Under the pieces are notes generated by a model. That model did no database searches. It saw only the letters and a list, made by a program, of their open reading frames with translations, and was not told where the DNA came from. From contig JAQGDQ010002394.1 of assembly GCA_030141605.1 (NCBI GenBank), forward strand, positions 1 through 64,000: 64,000 bases of DNA, written 5' to 3'. Of this stretch, positions 41,752 through 50,422 are shown in pieces. Both the position numbers and the translations under genes were made by a program. Origin of the DNA: Tubiluchus corallicola (Eukaryota; Animalia; Priapulida). Within the stretch, counting starts at the first letter, position 1, and every line of letters starts with the position of its first letter.

Positions 41752-42906
41752 TTATTTATTTCTACGCTTTATCATCCTCAATGTACAGCCTGTAGGACAT
41801 ACGGTACACCAAGGTTTAGTGTAAAAAAATGAAGCTACAAGTATTAAACAGCCAAAAATTACAAATACCCAACCTGCGATATTAAAAGAAAAAAACAAAA
41901 ATGGTTCTAAATAGGCTAAATTAGGATAAAAACCAAGTACAATAGAAGACCAAATAAGAGTGATATACACATCTTTTAAGTAAATTTTTTTGTGCGAATA
42001 TTTGTTAAGATTTTTCTTTTTAAAGGGAGATACATAACCTATTACTTCTTGTGCTGCTCCGAAAGGGCAAATATAATTACAATAATAAAGGGGCTTTTTT
42101 AATAATGGTAGGATTATTGCTATAATAATGAGTAAAATGGATTGCCAGTTGGAATGCCATATTGCACCATTTACTATAAAATTGTTGATAAGCTCTGCAG
42201 AAAGCATCTTGTTTAGCCAAATGCCCAATACTACAATAATAAAGATAAGATAGGGAATACGATACTTTCTTGTAGATTTCACATAAGCCATTGCTAATGA
42301 TAGTATAATAGCAATTATAAATAAAGCATCTTTAAATAGTTGCCAATAAGATATAATCAGTTTTTCCTCCCATTCAGCATTTTGGTATGAGACTATTATT
42401 TTTCTCACTCCCAATATAATAGCTTCGCTGGTAATAGTAGCTCCTGAAACAATATCAATATCGTGCTTAAATGCCTGCTCTGTGCTTAGCTTGTTCCAGC
42501 TATCTAAGAAAGGACTGTCAGTTATATATTGAAAATAATCCTTTGACTCCTTATTGTCTAACGGTAGTAAACCAGAAATTTGGTTGTCGTTATTTATTGC
42601 AAGTAAAATAGGAACTTTCCCTCCATAGCCTTGCACTTCTATTCCCATCTCATCAGAATTTAGCACTAAGCCAAGCCTTTCTTCATCAGCTAAAACTCTA
42701 TATACCCCTTTGTCAATTTTATAGAAGTCGTCACTTTCATTAAATAGTTTTTTTATATCCTCCTTAGTAGGTTCAATAATTTCTTTTGGGCTAAAAAAGG
42801 GGAGGCTGTTTCGTTGGCTAACGGCAAGAGCTATAACCAACAATAACAAAAGCGAGTAATGGTAAATAAGACTATAAGATTTATTTCTCTTTTTAACTAT
42901 TTGCAT
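41752..42906 (-). CDS. FMN-binding + Cys-motif (Fer4_5) membrane protein, NosR/NirI/RdhC/NapH-like
   Basis: GYGG, DIVSGATITS flavinylation motif, multiple TMs, YCNYICPFGAAQE and WCTVCPTG motifs. Confidence 0.9.
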   Translation of the reverse strand: MQIVKKRNKSYSLIYHYSLLLLLVIALAVSQRNSLPFFSPKEIIEPTKEDIKKLFNESDDFYKIDKGVYRVLADEERLGLVLNSDEMGIEVQGYGGKVPILLAINNDNQISGLLPLDNKESKDYFQYITDSPFLDSWNKLSTEQAFKHDIDIVSGATITSEAIILGVRKIIVSYQNAEWEEKLIISYWQLFKDALFIIAIILSLAMAYVKSTRKYRIPYLIFIIVVLGIWLNKMLSAELINNFIVNGAIWHSNWQSILLIIIAIILPLLKKPLYYCNYICPFGAAQEVIGYVSPFKKKNLNKYSHKKIYLKDVYITLIWSSIVLGFYPNLAYLEPFLFFSFNIAGWVFVIFGCLILVASFFYTKPWCTVCPTGCTLRMIKRRNK

Positions 42907-42997
42907 TTTGTATTATTTTCTACCAAGCTTTGCAAGTTTTTTGGGCAAAGATAAGTTTTTTTTTTATATTATTACTGTTTATATAGATAATGGTACT

Positions 42998-43212
42998 GAT
43001 ATACAATTTTAAGCTTTAATCTAAAAATTGACGGATTTTGTACGTTTGTTGTTATTATTCTCTATTTAGCCAACTAAAACTGCAGGAGGAGAAGAGACTG
43101 GTAGTAGAATGTAAATCCTTTACAACTGCTAAAAAACAGAAGCCATTAAAACGGCTATGCTTGTAAAAGTATTTTCTTGTTCCTATGATTAAAGCCGTAG
43201 GTTAAAACAAAA
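42998..43212 (+). repeat. Dispersed ~200-bp intergenic repeat, copy A
   Basis: Aligns by eye with 46783-46972 (CAATTTwAAGCTTTAATnTAAAAATTGA...TTGTTGTT...CTATTTAGCC...AGGAGAAGAG...GTAGrTTAAAACAAAA). Confidence 0.8.
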
Positions 43213-43268
43213 TTAAAAATAAGGGGTTAAACAAAGCTATGTTTGTTTAACCCCTTATTTTTAATTTT
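43209..43268. terminator. 27-bp perfect inverted repeat / terminator at the def stop
   Basis: AAAATTAAAAATAAGGGGTTAAACAAA-GCTATG-TTTGTTTAACCCCTTATTTTTAATTTT. Confidence 0.85.
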
Positions 43269-43812
43269 TAGATAATTTATATCTACTACTCACTTTGCCC
43301 TTTGCTATATCATTTAACTTGCGTTTCAACAAGCGTTTTTTTAAAGGTGATAGGTGGTCTATAAACAACTTGCCATTTATATGGTCGTACTCATGTTGTA
43401 TAATACGTGCGATAAAACCCTCATATACCTCATTATATTTCTTAAAATTCTCATCATAATACTGTATTCTAATTTTATCGTACCTAGATACCTTTTCGTG
43501 AATTTTTGGCATACTTAAACAACCTTCCTCTTCCAGAATTTTATTTCCTTCGCTCTCTGTTATTTTAGCATTGATAAAAATCTTTTTAAAGCCTTTCAAT
43601 TTCGGATAGTCTTTTTCTAAAAGGTGAGTATCCACCACAAATAGATTTAATGATTGACCCACCTGCGGAGCTGCCAATCCTATGCCTTCTGCATTTTTCA
43701 ATGTTTCCCACATATCCGATAAAAGTTCTCGTACTTCCTTACTCATAGTATCTATATTTTTCGCTACTTTTCTCAAAATAGGAGAACCATATACAACAAC
43801 TGGTAATACCAT
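43261..43812 (-). CDS. def: Peptide deformylase
   Basis: GIGLAAPQVG, EGCLS, QHEYDH; ATG at 43812 is the likely start. Confidence 0.97.
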   Translation of the reverse strand: MVLPVVVYGSPILRKVAKNIDTMSKEVRELLSDMWETLKNAEGIGLAAPQVGQSLNLFVVDTHLLEKDYPKLKGFKKIFINAKITESEGNKILEEEGCLSMPKIHEKVSRYDKIRIQYYDENFKKYNEVYEGFIARIIQHEYDHINGKLFIDHLSPLKKRLLKRKLNDIAKGKVSSRYKLSKN

Positions 43813-44147
43813 TATAAACTTTGTTAAAAACAATAATTAACTACAAAGTTACAAATTAAATCACAATATTATCCGTGCTGTTTCTACTTGAATTTATTTA
43901 TTCTTATAGAAGCTCGTCATTTAAATACGACAGCTATTTACCGTTACAATGTACCTGTATACAATTATCTTTCACATCAAATGCTATGGTTCTTACTACT
44001 GGCCTTACCTCTCTGAGGTTTATAAACAGCATCTTTGCTAAAATCTATTTTGGGAAGAGTCGCCCCATCACATTCCACAACACTAGTATCTTATAACGAA
44101 GTAGAAGGTTGAAAGTTGATTTTATATACTGTTTTTAGCACAACCAT

Positions 44148-45257
44148 TTATTTTACCTTATCTATCTCGTGTAGTGCAAAAGCATAGGCACCAAGAGATA
44201 TTGCTTTACTGGCTCCAAGTTGCGAGACAGCTATGCCTGTACGTGATAAAGGGTCATATTTTATAGTTTTTGAAGACTGGGGAATTTTTATATCAACTGC
44301 ATTGTCTTTCGTAAAATTTTGTAGCTGTTCACTATCGTCTAAATTATATACTTTCTGCAATATCCGAGGTATTTTTCTTCCGTCAGGTGTGTCAAACATT
44401 GACTGCATTTGCTTTACTGCCTCTGGTATTATAATGGAGCTAGCACCTGCTATTCCTCCGCCAATTACAACTATTCCATCTATAATAGTAATAACATTGG
44501 CAAGTGCTTCTCCTAGTACTTTGCCAAGTTTTTGATAAGCTTGTAAAGCTGCCTGTTGGTTTCCTTTTTCTTTACCAATAGCTATTTCATAAATAGTTTT
44601 AGGCTCAGGAGCATCTTCCATACTGATAGATGTTTTTTCAGCGTATATCCGCTTTATTGCTCTTATGCTTATCCCCTCTTCGGCAGTAGTGCTATAATCA
44701 ACTCCATTTCTTAAAGCAAACACCTCGGCAGCCATTGCATTATCTCCTATGAATAGTTCTTCATTGCGAACTACTCCTCCTCCAAAACCTGTTCCAAGCG
44801 TCACGCCTATCAGGTTGTGATACTGCTTTGTAATATTTGCTTCTTTTAGTTTTTTATTGACATAAGGTAAGAAACCTGCAAGTGCTTCTCCATAAGCATA
44901 TAAGTCTCCATCGTTATTAATAAAAACAGGTATATTGAAAGCCTCTTGTAGCATTGGGCCTAAAGCTACTCCTCCTCTGAAACAAGGTAAATTTAAAAGG
45001 TCTCCTATTATTCCATTGGGATAGTCAGCAGGGCCAGGAAAAGCAAAACTAATAGCTACTGGATTTTCTTTTAATTTTTCTTTCACTAGCCTAAAACCCT
45101 TAACAATAGTATCTAAACAGAGACCAAGGTCGTGAGTATTAGAAGGTTGCCTTATGGGCTTTACTATTTCTTGATTGCCTTGTATAGCAGAAAATACAAA
45201 ATTAGTTCCTCCTGCATCAAGGGTTATTACTGTTCGTTTGTCATTATTGTAGTTCAT
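44148..45257 (-). CDS. ROK family sugar kinase
   Basis: LDAGGT, FPGP, NNDG..AYGE, TLGTGFGGG, IGGGIA. Confidence 0.92.
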   Translation of the reverse strand: MNYNNDKRTVITLDAGGTNFVFSAIQGNQEIVKPIRQPSNTHDLGLCLDTIVKGFRLVKEKLKENPVAISFAFPGPADYPNGIIGDLLNLPCFRGGVALGPMLQEAFNIPVFINNDGDLYAYGEALAGFLPYVNKKLKEANITKQYHNLIGVTLGTGFGGGVVRNEELFIGDNAMAAEVFALRNGVDYSTTAEEGISIRAIKRIYAEKTSISMEDAPEPKTIYEIAIGKEKGNQQAALQAYQKLGKVLGEALANVITIIDGIVVIGGGIAGASSIIIPEAVKQMQSMFDTPDGRKIPRILQKVYNLDDSEQLQNFTKDNAVDIKIPQSSKTIKYDPLSRTGIAVSQLGASKAISLGAYAFALHEIDKVK

Positions 45258-45370
45258 TTGCTCTTGTTTTAGTTAACAAAAGCAAATTTAAAAAAAGTTT
45301 TCTGTTCACAAGGAGGTAAATAATTATCTTTGATTTTTTAAAGTTGGATTCTTAACAAATACTGCAAAGT

Positions 45371-46618
45371 TTGAACTTAGAATTATTTCTGGCACGTAGA
45401 ATAAATGCAGAAAGAAAAGAGGGAAGGTCTATTTCTCGCCCCGCAACTCGTATTTCTATTATAGGGGTAGCATTGGGTATTTTCGTTATGATAATATCTA
45501 TATCTGTAACAAAAGGATTTAGAAATGAAATTATAACCAAACTTGTAGGTTTTTCTTCTCATATTCAAGTAGTTGATTATGGTAACAATAATTTTTATGA
45601 AACAAATCCTATAGATAAAAACCAAGCTTTTTTACTTCAAGCAGATTCTATTCAAGGCATCAAGCATATTCAAGCTTTTGCCACCAAGGGGGCAGTGGTA
45701 AAAACCAGTTCAGAAATCCAAGGAGTAGTTTTAAAGGGTATAAATAATGATTTTGATTGGAAGTTTTTTGAAAAAAACATTGTGAAGGGACAAAGTTTTG
45801 AAATAAAAGACTCTATAAATACCATAAATAGCATCGTCATTTCAAAACATTTAGCTTCTCTATTAAGAATAAACATAAACGATGAGATACGTGTATTTTT
45901 TGTCCAAACTCCTTTAAGAATGAGAAAATTTGAAGTAGTTGGTATTTACGAAACAAATTTAAAAGAATTTGATAAGCTTTTTATGTTTTGTGATATTAAG
46001 CATATTCAAAAAATAAACAATTGGGGGAAAAATAAAATAAGTGGTTTTGAAGTAATTTTATCTGATTTCGAAAAAATAGATATAATAGAGAAAAAACTAC
46101 AAGGTATTGTAAATACAAATATCTCTGAAAAAAGTAGCCTATTAGATGTGGTAACTGTAGTGAAAAGATTCCCCGAAATTTTCGATTGGCTGAAGCTAAT
46201 AAATATGAATGTCTATACCATTCTTATACTTATGATTTTAGTTTCTGGGGTGATAATGGTTTCAAATTTACTAATCATTATCTTAGAGCGGATACAAATG
46301 GTGAAAATACTAAAAACTTTTGGTTATAGTAGCTGGAATATTTGTAAGATGTTTGTCTATCAATCTTCTTTCATTATTTTTAAAGGTCTGTTTTGGGGAA
46401 GTTTAGTGGGTATTATCACTTGTTTATTGCAGTCTCATTTAAAGATTATAAAACTAAACCCTGATTCTTATGAGTTATCTTATGTTCCAGTAAGTTTAAA
46501 TTTATCAAATGTTATTTTTTTAAACATAATAACTTTTAGTTCTATTGTAGCTATTCTTTTAATTCCTTGTTTTATAATAATAAAAACAGAGTTTGAGAAA
46601 ATAAATAAATTAAAATAA
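45371..46618 (+). CDS. LolC/E (FtsX/MacB-type) ABC permease
   Basis: ELFLARR, TM1, GFRNEI..K..GFSSH, large periplasmic domain, three C-terminal TMs. Confidence 0.88.
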   Translation: MNLELFLARRINAERKEGRSISRPATRISIIGVALGIFVMIISISVTKGFRNEIITKLVGFSSHIQVVDYGNNNFYETNPIDKNQAFLLQADSIQGIKHIQAFATKGAVVKTSSEIQGVVLKGINNDFDWKFFEKNIVKGQSFEIKDSINTINSIVISKHLASLLRININDEIRVFFVQTPLRMRKFEVVGIYETNLKEFDKLFMFCDIKHIQKINNWGKNKISGFEVILSDFEKIDIIEKKLQGIVNTNISEKSSLLDVVTVVKRFPEIFDWLKLINMNVYTILILMILVSGVIMVSNLLIIILERIQMVKILKTFGYSSWNICKMFVYQSSFIIFKGLFWGSLVGIITCLLQSHLKIIKLNPDSYELSYVPVSLNLSNVIFLNIITFSSIVAILLIPCFIIIKTEFEKINKLK

Positions 46619-46782
46619 ATATCAAATATATTTCTATTTTCTCATTTTAATACATTTTTTATGTAATGCAATACAAATAATTTTACATTGTTTTTTTACA
46701 TAAATATACATTCTATTTATTTTATTAACTACTGTTTAATTCCCTTGTTTTAAGGTAATTTTGAAATATCCGCAAGGATAAC

Positions 46783-46972
46783 GATATGCAATTTAAAGCT
46801 TTAATATAAAAATTGATGAATTTTTGGATGCTTGTTGTTCTCATTTTCTATTTAGCCTGCAACTAAGGCAAAAGGAGAAGAGGTTGACAATAAATGGTTT
46901 AAAAAAAGCTTTTAAACACTTAGCTTGTAGAATTTCTTATTCTTAAGACTAAAATAGTAGATTAAAACAAAA
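46783..46972 (+). repeat. Dispersed ~200-bp intergenic repeat, copy B
   Basis: Degenerate direct copy of 42998-43212. Confidence 0.8.
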
Positions 46973-47399
46973 GATGAGAGATTAATAAAATGTATTTCTA
47001 GTTTAATAAAGCTGAGCAAAATTATTGTTTTCTTTTTTAATTCGTACTTCAAAGAATAAAAAAATCAAATTTTTGTCAATTATTTTATGCTTAGTATACT
47101 TTAAATCTATTTAACCTCAAATAGAACTATCTTTTTTTATTAAAAATCAAAAAAATCTCAAAAAATCATTTCATTCTCATTTTAAAACAAATATAAAACT
47201 ATGTTTAAATTATGTTTAAATTTACACAAATTCAGCAAACGTCTTTATATCAGCTCATTACACATATATTTTTTGATAGAAGAAAAAAATTTTTTATTAA
47301 AGAATTATTTTTTCTTTTTTGCAAAAACATCCTAAAACCCTATAAGACAAAACATTATGTTTATTTTAGTATTATAAACAAAAATATGTAACATGTTTT

Positions 47400-47414
47400 T
47401 GGCACACTTATTGT
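47400..47414 (+). promoter_or_regulatory. Putative sigma54 (-24/-12) promoter
   Basis: TGGCACACTTATTGT vs consensus TGGCACG-N4-TTGC with exact spacing; predicts +1 at ~47426. Confidence 0.65.
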
Positions 47415-47424
47415 TATGTATATT

Positions 47425-47561
47425 AGTGCCTGCAAGCTGTTAAAGGTTTTTTGTTGATTTTTGACTTTTAACAATAAAGCAAGCAGGTTGTAGCCAACAC
47501 GTTGGCTACATATTAGGTTTAGGTTTTCATGGTGTCTCGTAAGAGGCACCATGTTTTTTTT
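47425..47561 (+). ncRNA. Putative structured small RNA (~135 nt)
   Basis: Three consecutive hairpins starting at the predicted +1 and ending in an intrinsic terminator; no credible ORF. Confidence 0.65.
47528..47561 (+). terminator. Intrinsic terminator of the putative sRNA
   Basis: CATGGTGTCTC-GTAA-GAGGCACCATG followed by T8. Confidence 0.9.
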
Positions 47562-47664
47562 ATATATACTCTGTTCTTCATATATTGCTTCTTTCCTTTT
47601 ATTATTTCAACGAAATGTGCTTATTTTTTTATCATCATTTTTTACTTTGTCTATATACGCTGTA

Positions 47665-48285
47665 ATGAATAGCCTTATAAAAAAACTAAAAGAACAATTA
47701 GCAAAAAGCCTGCCGGGGGAGAAGGCTCAAAAATTAATGTCGCCTTCTGTACGAAATACCAAAAATAACTATTTTGCCCATCCTCCTGTTAAAAGTAGTG
47801 TGCTTGTTTTACTCTATTTTATAAAAGAAAGATTAAATTTTGTTCTAATAGAAAGAACTACTGATAATACTATTCACAGCGGAGAAATAAGTTTGCCAGG
47901 AGGAAAGTATGAAAAAAATGATGATAGGCTTTTTGAAACTGCTGTGCGTGAAACAGAAGAAGAAATAGGTGTAAATAGAAATGATGTAAAATATATTGGT
48001 AAGTTAACTCCTTTATATATTCCCGTAAGTAATTTTATGGTTTTTCCTTTTGTCGGATTTATTGATTCTACTCCTGAATTTGTTTTAAACACTAAAGAAG
48101 TAAACAAAGCAATAAACATTAATGTAAATGAAATAATTAACCCTATGGCTATAAAAAAGACAAGTAAACTTATCAATAATATAGAGGTGTCTGTTTCTTA
48201 TTTTGATATAAATGGAATCTTTGTATGGGGGGCTACTGCAATGATTTTAAGTGAATTTTTGGAGGTATTCAAAAAAATATGGTAA
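47665..48285 (+). CDS. NUDIX CoA pyrophosphatase (NudL-like)
   Basis: HSGEISLPGG, TAVRETEEEIG, VWGATAMIL; ORF-track start 47551 lies inside the terminator stem, so ATG 47665 is preferred. Confidence 0.9.
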   Translation: MNSLIKKLKEQLAKSLPGEKAQKLMSPSVRNTKNNYFAHPPVKSSVLVLLYFIKERLNFVLIERTTDNTIHSGEISLPGGKYEKNDDRLFETAVRETEEEIGVNRNDVKYIGKLTPLYIPVSNFMVFPFVGFIDSTPEFVLNTKEVNKAININVNEIINPMAIKKTSKLINNIEVSVSYFDINGIFVWGATAMILSEFLEVFKKIW

Positions 48286-48773
48286 GGAGTTATCTGTTGA
48301 CAGGAAATATTAGAAATTTTTAAACAAGAAGTATAAAATTTTTTAGGTAACTATATCTAAGTTTATAGAAAAATGATATGGTATTTATCCTTTATTTAGC
48401 ACTCTTTTCCAACTGCTATCTTCTCTACTACCCCAAGTTTGCAAGGATTAACACAATACAAACAACACAGTGTAAAATTGCACATAATTAGTACAATTTT
48501 TATGAGTTAATAGAATATTTAATACAAAAAAAGTTGTTGACGACCTTGCTAAACTACTTTGAAATGGCGGGGTAGAGCATCTTTATTGTGCTAATAATAA
48601 GGTATAATATTAGAAAAATTGCGGTATTAAAAAGACAAAAGATAAAGAACACAAAGATACCTCACAGAACTATTAAAAATATATAAATTAGATAAATTTA
48701 GGATAACTCAAAAAATGATGAGTATAATTTCTTAAAAATATATTTAGTATAAATTTATATATCATTGCCTTTT

Positions 48774-50390
48774 TTAAAATCCCAAATTAAAGCCCAATGT
48801 GTAAGTGCTGGTTTTACCCCAATAAAAACTAGGAGTATATCTTTCTATTTCTCCTTCTGTATTTTTATAATTATAAACAACATAGATATATCCATCGTTA
48901 ATAATCTGATATTTGCTAGTAAATCTTATATCTTGCTCGCTCCAATCTACTGTTTCTAAAAAAACTAAGCCTTCTCTTTGTTCTGTAAACTCCCAATAAT
49001 TAGGCCCATGTTCTGAATAAGAAAAATCCAATTGAAGCGATAATCCACGTATAGGTTTATATTTAGCCGACAAATATATGTTTTGTGAGTTGTCTCGTAA
49101 ATAGTGTCCAAAGTTATACTCATTAGAAGTATTGTCTGTTGTTGCTACTATATGTTGATAAGTAAGAGGGTTGGTACGAGTATACTCTACTGTGAAGAGA
49201 GCATCTTGTATTAAGTTAGACAGTCTTGCTCCTATTTTAAAACTTACGTAATTAGAGCTTTTCTCATTGTCAAACATATTTTGAAGTGCTATTTCATCTA
49301 TAAATACCGAAGTAAAAAGATGTAAGTATTTTATTTGTCGCGAACTAATATCAAAAAACATTTGAGAGTTTTGCCCACTATGGTTATTCATTCCTCCAAT
49401 AGAATGATCTACTGATTTATAAAACAAAAAAGGCACAAGGTAGGCTGCCTGCACTGCTATGTCGCTATATATAATAGAATTACCAATAGATATATTTAAA
49501 TGTTTTGTAGGTGTAAAAGTAAACATATTAGCAGCTATATATTTACTATGAAAAACATTTCTAGGAAATTTTTCACCTGCATATTCGTATTCATAGCTGC
49601 GAGTAGAATCTATTATTTCACTTACAAGCCAACCATGCATATAGTTAAATTCAAACCATTTTACAGGATTGAGATATAGTTTTACTTGCCCAAAAGATGG
49701 GGCTTTGTCTGAAAAGATATTAGCTCCGTTATTGTTGTTACCCCAAGTAAAATAGTCCTTTACAATAGCTACTGTACCCCAATTCCAACTTACTGTTATT
49801 CCTCCTCGTGTCTCGCTGTGGTCACCTACTGTGTTGTCCCCATCTGTAACATTTTTATGTTTATATTTTGCCCCTTTTTGTTGAGTAAAATAATCAGGAA
49901 GTGCTAATATTTCCTCTTCGTTTTTATCTCTCAAACTTCCATATATTCCTACATTTTTGCCTATATATCCAAAAAATTCCGCTCCCCAATAACTTCTTTG
50001 TAAACTAGCTGTTTTATTTCTTAATAATTCGCCACCAATAATAGGATTAAGTGTAAAGGAAAACAAAGAATCCTTATAGTATAAAGCATCCCACTTTTTC
50101 TTAAAATTTTTATCTTTTTTAAGCTCTTTATTAAAATCTTTTAAATAAAACTCCACTTCCTTCTGTTGTCGAAAAGTAAGTTTTTTCTTTTGAGCGATAG
50201 CCTCTTGTAGTTTTTCTGCAATAAATTCCCTTGAATAAGGCTTTATTGCTGAGTTAATTTCAATAACTTTATTATTAGCAAGTTCATCTAAAAATTCATA
50301 TACTTCAGTATTTAAATGACTGTAATATACTGTTTGTGATTTTAAGGTTATACTAATAATAAAAATTAGTAACAATATTAGGTTTTTCAA
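48774..50390 (-). CDS. Outer-membrane beta-barrel, capsule assembly Wzi-like
   Basis: Signal peptide, KPYSR N-terminal motif, WGN..GANIFSD.AP, EYTRTNP, C-terminal aromatic FNLGF. Confidence 0.7.
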   Translation of the reverse strand: MKNLILLLIFIISITLKSQTVYYSHLNTEVYEFLDELANNKVIEINSAIKPYSREFIAEKLQEAIAQKKKLTFRQQKEVEFYLKDFNKELKKDKNFKKKWDALYYKDSLFSFTLNPIIGGELLRNKTASLQRSYWGAEFFGYIGKNVGIYGSLRDKNEEEILALPDYFTQQKGAKYKHKNVTDGDNTVGDHSETRGGITVSWNWGTVAIVKDYFTWGNNNNGANIFSDKAPSFGQVKLYLNPVKWFEFNYMHGWLVSEIIDSTRSYEYEYAGEKFPRNVFHSKYIAANMFTFTPTKHLNISIGNSIIYSDIAVQAAYLVPFLFYKSVDHSIGGMNNHSGQNSQMFFDISSRQIKYLHLFTSVFIDEIALQNMFDNEKSSNYVSFKIGARLSNLIQDALFTVEYTRTNPLTYQHIVATTDNTSNEYNFGHYLRDNSQNIYLSAKYKPIRGLSLQLDFSYSEHGPNYWEFTEQREGLVFLETVDWSEQDIRFTSKYQIINDGYIYVVYNYKNTEGEIERYTPSFYWGKTSTYTLGFNLGF

Positions 50391-50422
50391 TTTTAAAGGT
50401 TTTTAGGTTTATTATCAGTTCG

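Noticed and set aside
47551-47664. Hydrophobic N-terminal extension on the NUDIX ORF
   Set aside because: Its ATG lies inside the terminator stem and the extension translates a T-rich spacer; the likely start is 47665
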